Below are positions 45,442-54,677 of a DNA stretch of 64,000 bases, piece by piece. The stretch lies in assembly GCA_005888295.1 (NCBI GenBank), contig VAWP01000051.1, positions 894 through 64,893 of the forward strand. Direction: 5' to 3'. The stretch's first letter is position 1, and each line of letters starts with the position of its first letter. Origin of the DNA: Actinomycetota bacterium (GTDB taxonomy: Bacteria; Actinomycetota; Acidimicrobiia; Acidimicrobiales; AC-9). The notes under the pieces are model-generated. The model saw only the letters and a list, made by a program, of their open reading frames with translations. It had not been told where the DNA came from and did not search any database. The position numbers and the translations under genes are program-made.

Positions 45442-46118
45442 AGGGCGACGAGGCCCAGGATCGAGAGATCGGTCCCCGGCCAGCTCACGCCCATCCCCTC
45501 GCCCGACCAGAAGGTCCCGAAGCTGACGAGCATGATCCCCACGCCCATCTTCAAGCTGTTCTCGGGCACCTCGACCAGCCGGCGGGCCAGCACGAGACCG
45601 GCGAGCACGACCGCCACGACCGCGGCCGCCGCTCCCACCGCCGCCAGACCGAGGCGCCCGGACGTCGTTCCCAGCGTGAGCACGATCATGACCACCTCGA
45701 GGCCTTCGAGGAGGACTCCTTTGAACGCGACCGTGAACGCCGTGGCGTCGCGCCGCCGGTCGGTCGCCCTGGGAATCCCCGACAGCTCCTCGACCTGCCG
45801 GCGGTAGATGGCGTCCTCGTCGTGGAGGGCCTTGTACCCGCTGGCCCGCAGGATCGCCTTGCGCAGCCACTGCAGGCCCAGGATCAGCAGCAGCCCGCCG
45901 ACGACGACGCGCAGCGCGTCGAGCGGCACGTAGCGCACGAGGGCGGGCCCGAAGGCGGCCACGACCACCGCCAAAGCGAGAACGGCGGCGCCCGCGCCCT
46001 CCAGCGCCGACCGCCATCCGCGGCTCACCCCGGCGGCCAGCACGATGGTGAGCGCCTCGACCATCTCCACCGCGCTGGCCGCGAACACGGCGAGCACGAG
46101 GAGGACGTCGCTGGTCAT
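45372..46118 (-). CDS. integral membrane protein (two-repeat, COG4280/GDT1-like?)
   Basis: 248 aa with six hydrophobic segments and repeated acidic-helix motifs (AVEMVEALTIVLA and LLEGLEVVMIVLT). ATGA overlaps at both ends. Confidence 0.55.
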   Translation of the reverse strand: MTSDVLLVLAVFAASAVEMVEALTIVLAAGVSRGWRSALEGAGAAVLALAVVVAAFGPALVRYVPLDALRVVVGGLLLILGLQWLRKAILRASGYKALHDEDAIYRRQVEELSGIPRATDRRRDATAFTVAFKGVLLEGLEVVMIVLTLGTTSGRLGLAAVGAAAAVVAVVLAGLVLARRLVEVPENSLKMGVGIMLVSFGTFWSGEGMGVSWPGTDLSILGLVALYGAVTFCLVASLRRARLRVDVR

Positions 46119-47362
46119 CCCGGCCCGGCAGTCGCCTTGGCCTTCGGCTCCTTTGGCAGACCGAGCACCCGCTCGCCCACGATGTTGCGCTGGATCTCCG
46201 CCGATCCGCCCCAGATGCTCTCCGAACGGGAGAAGAAGAACGAGGCCTGCAGGGGGCTGACCGGGTAGCTCGGGCTGCCCCGGCGCCGGCCGATGCCGGG
46301 CACGAACTCGTCGTCGGTCGACCCGGTGAGGACCTGGCCGTCCATGCCGAGGATGGCCATGGCCAGCTGCATAGCCTCCTGGTGGTACTCGGACCAGAAC
46401 ATCTTGTTGGTGGCGCCCAGGGCCGCGGTGGAGCCGTCGCCGCGCAGGACCGACGTGAGGCTCCGCAGCCCGTTGATCTCCATGATCTTGACCTTGCTCC
46501 ACGCCCGGGCCAGGTCCTGGCGAACGAGCGGATCGGCGGCCCTGCCGTTCTTCTTGGCCAGCCCGACGATGTGATCGAGCTCCTTCTGGAACCGGCGATG
46601 GCTGGTGGTGGCCGACGTGCCGCGCTCGAACCCGAGCGTGGTCATGGCGACCTTCCAGCCGTTGTTCACCCCGCCGACGACGTTGTCGCGCGGTGCGCGG
46701 GCGTTGGAGAAGAAGACCTCGTTGAACTCGGCGGACCCGTCGATCTGCCTGATGGGTCGGACCTCGACGCCGTCCTGGCGCATGGGCACGAGCAGGTACG
46801 AGATCCCCGCGTGCTTGTCCACGTCGGGATCGGTGCGCGCCAACAGGAAGATGTAGTCGGCGTACTGGGCCTGGGTGGTCCACACCTTCTGGCCGTTGAT
46901 CACCCACTCCTCGCCGTCCAGCTCGGCCCTGGTCTTGAGCGAGGCGAGATCCGATCCTGCGTCCGGCTCGGAGAAGCCCTGGCACCAGGAGATCTCGCCG
47001 GAGAGGATCTTGGGGAGGAGCTCCTTGCGCTGCTCGTCGGTTCCCCACTGCAGGATGGTGGGCCCGACCAGGGTGTCACCGAAGAAGTCCGCCCGCATCG
47101 GCGCCCCGGCGCGGTCGAACTCCTCGTGCAGGACGACCTGCTGCATCGTCGTGAGGCCTTTGCCGCCGTACTCCTCGGGCCAGGAGGCGCAGATCCAGCC
47201 GCCCTGGCGCAGCTTGTCCGTCCACTGCTCCTGGAACGCACGCCGCTCGTCGGGAGACATGGTGAACCCGGGTTCGCCCCAGCCGACGGGGAGGTTCGAC
47301 CGAAGCCACTCTCGGATCTCGACGCGGAAGTCCTCAGCTTCCGGGGGATAGGTCAAGTCCAT
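46115..47362 (-). CDS. acyl-CoA dehydrogenase family protein
   Basis: 415 aa from the ATG at 47362 (MDLTYPPEAEDFRVEIREWL). The ACAD-type middle and C-terminal blocks include WCQGFSEPDAGSD and the C-terminal GGSAEIQRNIVGERVLGLP. Confidence 0.85.
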   Translation of the reverse strand: MDLTYPPEAEDFRVEIREWLRSNLPVGWGEPGFTMSPDERRAFQEQWTDKLRQGGWICASWPEEYGGKGLTTMQQVVLHEEFDRAGAPMRADFFGDTLVGPTILQWGTDEQRKELLPKILSGEISWCQGFSEPDAGSDLASLKTRAELDGEEWVINGQKVWTTQAQYADYIFLLARTDPDVDKHAGISYLLVPMRQDGVEVRPIRQIDGSAEFNEVFFSNARAPRDNVVGGVNNGWKVAMTTLGFERGTSATTSHRRFQKELDHIVGLAKKNGRAADPLVRQDLARAWSKVKIMEINGLRSLTSVLRGDGSTAALGATNKMFWSEYHQEAMQLAMAILGMDGQVLTGSTDDEFVPGIGRRRGSPSYPVSPLQASFFFSRSESIWGGSAEIQRNIVGERVLGLPKEPKAKATAGPG

Positions 47363-47400
47363 GGGATCGAGGCTACTGGCCCGGTAGTACGCTGATCTCG

Positions 47401-48660
47401 GTGCCACCACAGGTCCTCCGCCTCTCGACGGTGGTGAAGAGCCCTCTGGTCGATCGGGCCGGCGACAGGCTCGGCCGGATCGAGGACCTGATCGTGCGGT
47501 TGGGCGAGGACGGGGCGTACCCACCGATCACCGGGGCCCTGGCCAAGATCGGCGGGCGCGAGCTGTTCGTGCCCATCGACCAGATCGCCGGCATCGAGTC
47601 GGGCCGGGTCGGGCTGGAGGGCGAGCGGCTGAGCCTGAGGCGCTTCGAGCGGCGACCGGGCGAGGTGCTGCTGAACCGCGACCTGGCCGCCCGCCATCTG
47701 ATCAACGTGGTGGGTGCCCGGCTGGTCAGGGCCAACGAGATCGAGCTGGCGTGCATCGACGGCAGGTGGTCCGTCGTCGGGGTCGACACCAGCGCCCGTC
47801 CCGTTCTGCGTCGTCTCCTGCCGCGGCCCGTCCGACGGAGGGTCGAGCCCGGTCCCATCCTCGACTGGTCCAGCATCGAGCCCTTCGTGGGTCACGTGCC
47901 CACGGCTCGGCTCCGCCTGACCCACCGCAAGCTCGCCCGCCTTCATCCGGCCCAGATCGCCGACCTGGTCGAGGCGGCGTCGCACGACGAGGGCGAGGAG
48001 ATCATCAAGGCGGTCGGCCAGGACAGGGAGCTCGAGGCCGACGTCTTCGAGGAGCTGGACCAGGAGCATCAGCAGGAGTTCGTTCGGACCCGGTCCGACG
48101 CCGAGGTGGCTGCGCTCCTGAGCAAGATGGCCCCCGACGACGTCGTCGACTTCATCACCGAGCTCGACCAGGAGCGCCGGTTGCCCGTGCTCGGGCTGCT
48201 GCCACCCGAGTTGCAGCGCAAGGTTCGGTCCCTGCTCAGCTACAACCCCGAGACGGCCGGTGGCCTCATGAGCCCCGACTTCCTCGCCTTGCCCCGCTCG
48301 ACGCCGGTCGGCGTCGCCCTCGAGCGCGTTCGTACCACCGACATCCCACGCGAGGCTCTCGGGGTCGTGTACGTGACCGACGACGAGCAGTGTTTGTGTG
48401 CCTTGGCGCCTCTTGTCGCCCTGGTGCGAGCCGACCCTACCGCCTCGCTCGACGACATCGTCCAACACGAGCCGGTCATGATCCGACCCGACGCCGATGT
48501 GCACGAGGTCGTGCGCAAGATGACCGATTACAACCTCAGCGTGTTCCCGGTCGTCGACGACTCCTGTCACATGATCGGCCAGATCACCGTGGACGACGTG
48601 CTCGAGCTGCTCCAACCCAGCGGGTGGAAGGGCGACTTCGGCCTGTCGGCGCCGGACTGA
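47401..48660 (+). CDS. soluble PRC-barrel / MgtE N-domain / CBS-pair protein (no transmembrane domain)
   Basis: MgtE_N-like helices (LHPAQIADLVEAASHDEGEEIIKAV and LLSKMAPDDVVDFITELD) are followed by a CBS pair (…VFPVVDDSCHMIGQITVDDVLELL). There are no hydrophobic segments. Confidence 0.7.
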   Translation: MPPQVLRLSTVVKSPLVDRAGDRLGRIEDLIVRLGEDGAYPPITGALAKIGGRELFVPIDQIAGIESGRVGLEGERLSLRRFERRPGEVLLNRDLAARHLINVVGARLVRANEIELACIDGRWSVVGVDTSARPVLRRLLPRPVRRRVEPGPILDWSSIEPFVGHVPTARLRLTHRKLARLHPAQIADLVEAASHDEGEEIIKAVGQDRELEADVFEELDQEHQQEFVRTRSDAEVAALLSKMAPDDVVDFITELDQERRLPVLGLLPPELQRKVRSLLSYNPETAGGLMSPDFLALPRSTPVGVALERVRTTDIPREALGVVYVTDDEQCLCALAPLVALVRADPTASLDDIVQHEPVMIRPDADVHEVVRKMTDYNLSVFPVVDDSCHMIGQITVDDVLELLQPSGWKGDFGLSAPD

Positions 48661-48711
48661 GCCCCGTACCGCGAGGCCGTCAGCTGCTATCGTGAAAACG
48701 CAAGCCAGTCG

Positions 48712-48870
48712 CGCCTCGTTCGGTGAGGTGGCTGCTCAGACACAGGCCACTGACCCCACCTGTCGAGAGACACTCCGGGTCAGACCAGGTCACTCCGGCT
48801 CAAGGGGTGACCCAAAGTGGCTGGTTCTCCCGAACCTACGCTGGGCAGCGCCAAAGCTCTGACGAGTAGG
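48712..48870 (+). promoter_or_regulatory. M-box (ykoK-leader) Mg2+ riboswitch aptamer
   Basis: The conserved blocks occur in order: GUUCGGUGAGG, GUCGAGAGACACUCCGGGUCAGACCAG, AAGGGGUGACCCAAAGUGGCUGG and GCCAAAGCUCUGACGAG. They match the B. subtilis mgtE M-box blocks GUUAGGUGAGG / GUCCAAAGACGCUAAUGGGUCAACAG / AAGGUGA..AAUGCAGCUGG / GCUAAAGCUCUACGA (from memory). P1 pairs CUCGU with ACGAG. Confidence 0.8.
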
Positions 48871-49112
48871 GGTGCACCGGGGTCCTTGGCGGCCGCGGCG
48901 AGTCCGGCGCCCACCGGACGCCACTCCTCTGTGGTGTGTCTGGACCGCGGGCAGGACGAGGAGCCGAGCGCTGAACGCCGACAGCTGGTTACGCACCGCC
49001 ACGGCGCGCACGCGGCTTCGAGGTCGCCGAGGCTGGCTCTGCTAGCGGGGTGACCCGGAGTGGTGCGCGACGGCGGTCGTCGCCCACCCCCGGTAGGAGG
49101 TCACCCCGAGCC

Positions 49113-50753
49113 ATGGCTGACGAGATGCGCACCCTGGGCGCCGATGGGGCTCCGTCGGTCATCGACGAGGCCTACGTCGGCGAGATCCGTGGCGCGCTCG
49201 GCACCATTGGCGAGCACGACCTCGCGCCCCGTCGGTCGCTCCGGGCCCGGCTGCTGACCCTGGCGGCGATCGTCGGTCCCGGCCTCATCGTGATGGTCGG
49301 CGACAACGACGCCGGTGGGGTGGCCACGTACTCCCAGGCCGGTCAGAACTACGGGACCACCCTGCTGTGGACCCTCCTGTTGCTGATCCCGGTGCTCATC
49401 GTGAACCAGGAGATGGTCGTGCGCCTCGGGGCGGTCACCGGTGTCGGCCACGCCCGGCTCATCGTCGAGCGTTTCGGTCGGTTCTGGGGCGCCTTCTCCG
49501 TCGGCGACCTCTTTCTGCTCAACTTCCTCACCATCACGACCGAGTTCATCGGCGTCAGCCTGGCACTCAGCTACTTCGGGGTGAGCAAGTACGTGGCCGT
49601 ACCCATCGCCGCCGTCTCCCTCATCGCCATCACCGCCAGCGGGAGCTTTCGCCGTTGGGAGCGGTTCATGTTGCTGTTCGTGCTCGCCAACCTGCTCGTC
49701 ATCCCTCTGCTGGTCATGAGCCATCCTCGGATTGGGCCGGTCGCGCGTGACTTCTTCGTGCCGGGGATCCAAGGTGGCGTCAGCTCCGGGGCGGTGCTGC
49801 TCATCATCGCCATCGTGGGCACGACGGTGGCCCCCTGGCAGCTGTTCTTCCAGCAGTCCAACATCATCGACAAGCGGATCACGCCCCGATGGATCAACTA
49901 CGAGCGGGCGGACACGGTCATCGGCTCCGTCGTGACGGTGATCGGCGCCGCGGCGCTACTGGTGACGGCGGCCTTCGCCTTCCAGCACACGCCCCTCGCC
50001 GGCCATTTCGGCGACGCCTTGGGGGTGGCCAATGGCCTGGCCCGACAGCTCGGTCGTACCGCCGGCGATCTGTTCGCCATCATCCTGCTCAACGCCTCGA
50101 TCATCGGGGCCGCGGCGGTGACGCTGTCCACGTCCTACGCCTTCGGCGACGTCTTCGGTACTCGGCACTCGCTCCACCGTGGCATCCGTGAGGCCAAGTT
50201 CTTCTACGCCAGCTTCGCTCTCATCGTCTTCATGGCTGCGGGCATCGTGCTCATCCCCGGTGCTCCGCTCGGTCTGATCACCACCTCGGTCCAGGCCCTG
50301 GCCGGGGTCCTGCTGCCCTCGGCCACGGTCTTCCTGCTGCTGCTCTGCAACGACCGCGACGTCCTCGGGCCCTGGGTGAACCGCCCGTGGCTGAACGTCG
50401 TCGCCACCGTCATAGTGTCGGTCCTGCTCATGTTGTCGCTCGTCCTCATGACGACCACGGTCTTCCCGGGCGTCGACGTGCCCCTGCTGGTGGTGGTGCT
50501 CGGAGTCGTCCTGGTGGTCGGTCTGGCGGCCGGTGGACTCGCAGCTCTCTGGTCCGGTGCCCACCGCCCGACGGCCCCCGTGGCACCCGAGGCGGCCAGG
50601 CGGGAGACGTGGCGCATGCCGCCGCTGGCCCTCCTCGGCCGGCCGGTGTGGTCGCGCGGGCGACGGGCGGCGATGACGGCGCTCTGGGTGTACCTGGCGC
50701 TGGCCATCGTCCTGCTGCTGGTAAAGACCGTCCAGCTCGGCCTTGGCCACTGA
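49113..50753 (+). CDS. NRAMP-related magnesium transporter (NRMT-type)
   Basis: NRAMP fold, but TM1 has GDNDAGG instead of DPGN and TM6 has GTTVAPWQLF instead of the A-x-x-M-P-H-N block. It follows an M-box. The ATG at 49113 has AGGAGG upstream. Confidence 0.75.
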   Translation: MADEMRTLGADGAPSVIDEAYVGEIRGALGTIGEHDLAPRRSLRARLLTLAAIVGPGLIVMVGDNDAGGVATYSQAGQNYGTTLLWTLLLLIPVLIVNQEMVVRLGAVTGVGHARLIVERFGRFWGAFSVGDLFLLNFLTITTEFIGVSLALSYFGVSKYVAVPIAAVSLIAITASGSFRRWERFMLLFVLANLLVIPLLVMSHPRIGPVARDFFVPGIQGGVSSGAVLLIIAIVGTTVAPWQLFFQQSNIIDKRITPRWINYERADTVIGSVVTVIGAAALLVTAAFAFQHTPLAGHFGDALGVANGLARQLGRTAGDLFAIILLNASIIGAAAVTLSTSYAFGDVFGTRHSLHRGIREAKFFYASFALIVFMAAGIVLIPGAPLGLITTSVQALAGVLLPSATVFLLLLCNDRDVLGPWVNRPWLNVVATVIVSVLLMLSLVLMTTTVFPGVDVPLLVVVLGVVLVVGLAAGGLAALWSGAHRPTAPVAPEAARRETWRMPPLALLGRPVWSRGRRAAMTALWVYLALAIVLLLVKTVQLGLGH

Positions 50754-50808
50754 CGACGCACCGGCCCTGTTTGCGCTGTTGCCCCACCGCAGGAGAGGCT
50801 CTCCCCTC

Positions 50809-52179
50809 ATGCATGGGTCTCCCCGACGGCTCCGGATCGCGTTCCTCGCCTATCGGGGCAACCCGCATTCCGGGGGTCAGGGGGTGTATACCCGGTATCT
50901 CACCAGGGAGCTGACCGCCCTCGGCCATCACGTCGAAGTCTTCGCCGGTCCCCCGTATCCCCACCTCGACGACGGCGTGCCCCTCGTGGAGGTGCCGAGC
51001 CTCGACCTGTACCGCCAGCCCGACCCCTTTCGGATCCCCCGTCCCCGCGAGGTGCGCAGCGGCATCGACGTCCTCGAGTTCGCGCTGATGTGCACGGCCG
51101 GGTTCCCCGAGCCGCTCACCTTCAGCCTGCGGGCGAGGAAGGTCCTCGCCCAGCGTCGTGAGGATTTCGACATCGTCCACGACAACCAGTGCCTGGGCCG
51201 GGGGCTGCTGGGGATGATGGACGACGGCTGGCCCATCGTGGCGACCGTGCACCACCCGATCACCGTGGACCGTGACCTGGAGCTGTCCCACGCTCGCAGC
51301 CTCCGGCGGCGGCTCATCCTCAGGCGCTGGTACGGCTTCGTCGGCATGCAGCTCGAGGTCACCCGCCAGCTCCCTCGCGTCGTCACCGTCTCGGCATCGT
51401 CGAAGTCGGACATCGTCGAGCACATGGGCGTCGAGCCCTCGCGGCTGGCGGTGGTGCCGATAGGTGTCGACGACACGCTCTTCCAGCCCCGGCCCGGTGT
51501 CGCTCGGGTACCAGGGCGTCTGATGACGACGGCGAGCGCCGACGTCCCGCTGAAGGGGCTCGTCCCGCTGCTCGAGGCCCTGGCCAAGGTCCGCACCGAG
51601 CGACCGGCCGAGCTGGTCGTGATCGGCGAGCCCCGCTCCGCCAGCAGGGTCCGGGCGACGATCAAGCGCCTCGGGCTCGACGACGCGGTGCGCTTCGTCA
51701 GCAAGGTCACCGACGACCGCATCGTGCAGCTCTACTCCGAGGCCGAGGTGGCGGTCGTCCCCTCTCTCTACGAGGGCTTCTCGCTCCCCGCCGTCGAGGC
51801 GATGGCCTGCGGGGTGCCGGTCGTGGCCACGACGGGAGGCGCGCTCCCCGAGGTGGTGGGCACCGACGGCGTCACCGGTCTGTTGGTGCCGCCCGGCGAT
51901 CCCGGCGCCCTCGCCATGGCCATCGGCACCGCCCTGGACGACGCCGGGCTCCGGGCCCGCATCGGGGCGGCCGGCCGGGCGCGGGTGCTGGAGCGGTTCA
52001 CCTGGGCGGCGGCCGCCCGGGCCACCGTCGAGCAGTATCGGACCGTTCTGGACGCGACCGCGCCTGCGGATGGTCTGCCTGGCCCGCTTCCCGGCCCGGC
52101 CCTGGGCGCGACAGCGCCTGCGGGTGATCTCTCTGGCCGGCCTCCCGGGCCGGCCCTGGACCGCTCCGGCGGGAGCTGA
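50809..52179 (+). CDS. GT4-family (GT-B) glycosyltransferase
   Basis: N-terminal RIAFLAYRGNPHSGGQGVY and the C-terminal EGFSLPAVEAMACGVPVVATTGGALPEVV (E-x7-E). Confidence 0.8.
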   Translation: MHGSPRRLRIAFLAYRGNPHSGGQGVYTRYLTRELTALGHHVEVFAGPPYPHLDDGVPLVEVPSLDLYRQPDPFRIPRPREVRSGIDVLEFALMCTAGFPEPLTFSLRARKVLAQRREDFDIVHDNQCLGRGLLGMMDDGWPIVATVHHPITVDRDLELSHARSLRRRLILRRWYGFVGMQLEVTRQLPRVVTVSASSKSDIVEHMGVEPSRLAVVPIGVDDTLFQPRPGVARVPGRLMTTASADVPLKGLVPLLEALAKVRTERPAELVVIGEPRSASRVRATIKRLGLDDAVRFVSKVTDDRIVQLYSEAEVAVVPSLYEGFSLPAVEAMACGVPVVATTGGALPEVVGTDGVTGLLVPPGDPGALAMAIGTALDDAGLRARIGAAGRARVLERFTWAAAARATVEQYRTVLDATAPADGLPGPLPGPALGATAPAGDLSGRPPGPALDRSGGS

Positions 52180-52902
52180 GTGCTCTCTGTCGACTACGAC
52201 CGGCTGGGCCTGCGCGCGGGCGAGCGGCTGCTCGACCTCGGCTGCGGCGGCGGACGCCATGCCTACGAGGCCCTGCGACGCGGGGCCCGGGTGACGGCGC
52301 TCGACGCCAGCGAGGGCGAGCTGGGCGACGTGTCCACGGTGATGAGCGCGATGGAGAAGCAGGACGCCGACACGGGGACGCTGTCGGAGGGCAACGGCGC
52401 CGCGGTGTGCGCCGACGCCCTGGCCATACCGTTCCGCGACGCCAGCTTCGATCGCGTGATCGCCGCCGAGGTGCTCGAGCATCTCCCCCGTGACCAGGTC
52501 GCCATGGCCGAGCTGGCCCGGGTGCTCCGGCCGGGTGGGTCAATGGCGGTGACCGTTCCCAGGTTCGGCCCCGAGGTCGTGAACTGGGCCCTCTCGAATG
52601 CCTACCACTCGGTCGAGGGCGGGCACGTGCGCATCTACCGTCGGTCGTCCCTCCTCGGCCGCCTGAGCAGGGTGGGGCTGCGGCTGCGGGGATCCCATCA
52701 CGCCCACGCGCTGCACTCGCCGTACTGGTGGCTGCGCTGCGCCGTTGGTGTCGAGCGCGACGAGCACCCGCTGGTGCGCGCCTACCACCGGCTGCTGGTG
52801 TGGGACATCGTGCGCACCCCGCTGCTCACCCGGGCGCTCGATCGCGCCCTCAATCCCCTTCTCGGCAAGAGCCTGGTCGTCTACCTGGACCGCTGCGCAT
52901 GA
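52180..52902 (+). CDS. class I SAM-dependent methyltransferase
   Basis: Motif I LLDLGCGGGRHA and a post-I acidic residue. The GTG start immediately follows the GT4 stop. Confidence 0.8.
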   Translation: MLSVDYDRLGLRAGERLLDLGCGGGRHAYEALRRGARVTALDASEGELGDVSTVMSAMEKQDADTGTLSEGNGAAVCADALAIPFRDASFDRVIAAEVLEHLPRDQVAMAELARVLRPGGSMAVTVPRFGPEVVNWALSNAYHSVEGGHVRIYRRSSLLGRLSRVGLRLRGSHHAHALHSPYWWLRCAVGVERDEHPLVRAYHRLLVWDIVRTPLLTRALDRALNPLLGKSLVVYLDRCA

Positions 52903-53975
52903 GGGCGGTCACCGTCCCGGAGGTCCGAGGGGTCCTCAGCGCGCCCGACGTGGTCGCCACGGCCGAGTCCATCGCCGCCGTCCAGCTCGCCAACGGCATG
53001 ATCCCGTGGTTCCCCGGCGGTCACGCCGACCCGTGGAACCACGTGGAAGCTGCGATGGCGCTCACCGTCGGGGGTCTTCGCGCCGAAGCCGAGCGCGCCT
53101 ACCAGTGGCTGGTCGACACCCAGCATCCCGACGGCTCGTGGTGCATGTACTACCTCGAGGCCGGAGTCGAACAGCCGCGCCGCGACACGAACGTCTGCAG
53201 CTACCTGGCCGTGGGGACCTGGCACCACTTTCTCCACAGCGGCGACACGGGCTTTCTCGAGTCCATGTGGCCGGTGGTGACCCGGGCGCTCGAGTTCGTG
53301 CTGGGGTTCCAGGAGCCGGGTGGGGAGATCATCTGGTCGGTGGAGCCCGACGGCACACGGGGACGGTACGCCCTGCTCACCGGCTCGTCGTCGGTGTACT
53401 TCAGCCTGCGGTGCGCGGTCGCGGCGGCCGAGCAGCTCGGTCAGGAGCGACCCGACTGGGAGCTGGCGGCGGGGCGACTGGCTCACGCCGTCGGCTGCTG
53501 CCCCGAGGCGTTCGAGCCCAAGGACCGCTGGGCCATGGACTGGTACTACCCGGTCCTTTCCGGTGCCCTCGTCGGTGCGCCCGCCCGGGCCCGCATGGCA
53601 GAGCGTTGGGCGCAGTTCGTCATGGACGGACGCGGGGTGCGCTGCGTGTCCGACCGGCCCTGGGTGACGGCGGCCGAGACCGCCGAGTGCGTCATGGCCC
53701 TCGACGCCGCCGGCCTGGGCCACGAGGCGCTGCGCCTGTTCGACTGGGTGCAGGCGTTCCGCCACGACGACGGCTCGTACTGGACCGGCTGCGTCTACCC
53801 GGACGGGGTGCATTTCCCGGGCGGCGAGCGCAGCACCTACACCTCGGCGGCCGTGGTGCTGGCGGCCGACACCCTGGCGGGGACGGGTTCCACGGCTGGG
53901 TTGTTCCGCGGTGAGGGCCTGCCGGCTGGCCTGGACCTGTCAGATCCCGTGGGCGACCCGACGCGCCACCCGTAG
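52899..53975 (+). CDS. prenyltransferase/terpenoid-cyclase-repeat (alpha-alpha toroid) protein
   Basis: The ATG overlaps the upstream TGA. Repeated QW-like motifs are QHPDGSWCMY, QEPGGEIIWS and RHDDGSYWTG. Confidence 0.65.
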   Translation: MRAVTVPEVRGVLSAPDVVATAESIAAVQLANGMIPWFPGGHADPWNHVEAAMALTVGGLRAEAERAYQWLVDTQHPDGSWCMYYLEAGVEQPRRDTNVCSYLAVGTWHHFLHSGDTGFLESMWPVVTRALEFVLGFQEPGGEIIWSVEPDGTRGRYALLTGSSSVYFSLRCAVAAAEQLGQERPDWELAAGRLAHAVGCCPEAFEPKDRWAMDWYYPVLSGALVGAPARARMAERWAQFVMDGRGVRCVSDRPWVTAAETAECVMALDAAGLGHEALRLFDWVQAFRHDDGSYWTGCVYPDGVHFPGGERSTYTSAAVVLAADTLAGTGSTAGLFRGEGLPAGLDLSDPVGDPTRHP

Positions 53976-54611
53976 GCTGCCGCAGGAGCTCTCGGCCTCC
54001 TCGGCAAAGGCGCCGGACTGCAGGGCCCGGGACCACAGCTCGTAGGGCGGACGGCCGCCGTCGGCCGGGTCGGGGAACACGTCGTGGATGGCGAGGAGGC
54101 CGCCGTCGGCCACGTGGGGTACCCACCCTCGGTAGTCGGCCCAGGCCGGCTCCTCGCCGTGGCCGCCGTCGATGAAGACGAGCGACAGGGGCGTGCGCCA
54201 GTGAGCCGCCACCGTCGGCGAGTCGCCGACCACGGCGACCACCTCCTGCTCGAGCGCCGCCTCCTCGACGGTTCGCCGCCAGACCGGGAGGGTGTCCATT
54301 CGCCCGCTGGCCTGGTCGACCAGCGTCGGGTCGTGATGCTCCCAACCGGCCTGGTTCTCCTTCGACCCGTGGTGGTGGTCGAGGCTGAACAAGATGGTGG
54401 CGCCCCGTCGGGCCGCGGCGCCCAGGTAGATGCTCGACTTGCCGCAGTAGGCGCCGACCTCGAGCAGCGGACCGAGGCCGGACGCCGCCGCCCGGACGCC
54501 CGTCTCGAACAGGGCGAGGCCCTCGTCGTCGGGCATGAAGCCCTTGGCCGCCCGGGCCAGGGCGAGGAGGTCGTCCGGCATGGTGGACGCCGTGGGTGGC
54601 GTGGCGGGCAT
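53940..54611 (-). CDS. class I SAM-dependent methyltransferase (Methyltransf_24-like)
   Basis: LLEVGAYCGKSSIYLG (motif I) and VFIDGGH. 223 aa. The 3' end overlaps the convergent gene by 36 nt. Confidence 0.75.
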   Translation of the reverse strand: MPATPPTASTMPDDLLALARAAKGFMPDDEGLALFETGVRAAASGLGPLLEVGAYCGKSSIYLGAAARRGATILFSLDHHHGSKENQAGWEHHDPTLVDQASGRMDTLPVWRRTVEEAALEQEVVAVVGDSPTVAAHWRTPLSLVFIDGGHGEEPAWADYRGWVPHVADGGLLAIHDVFPDPADGGRPPYELWSRALQSGAFAEEAESSCGSLRVARRVAHGI

Positions 54612-54677
54612 CCGTTCAGCTTGTCGGGCCCCGCCGAGCCCCGTCCACCAGGGTTCCTGCCCGCGGCCACAGCGAGT

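Noticed and set aside
50446-52482. 678-aa minus-strand ORF (similarly 53837..56224 at 795 aa and 60807..62222, the upstream part of the 811-aa ORF)
   Set aside because: These are antisense or alternate frames of the GT4/methyltransferase genes, the PQQ-propeller gene and pepN respectively. They have compositional bias and no motifs. Only the last 340 codons of 60807..63242 (the PfkB kinase) are real.
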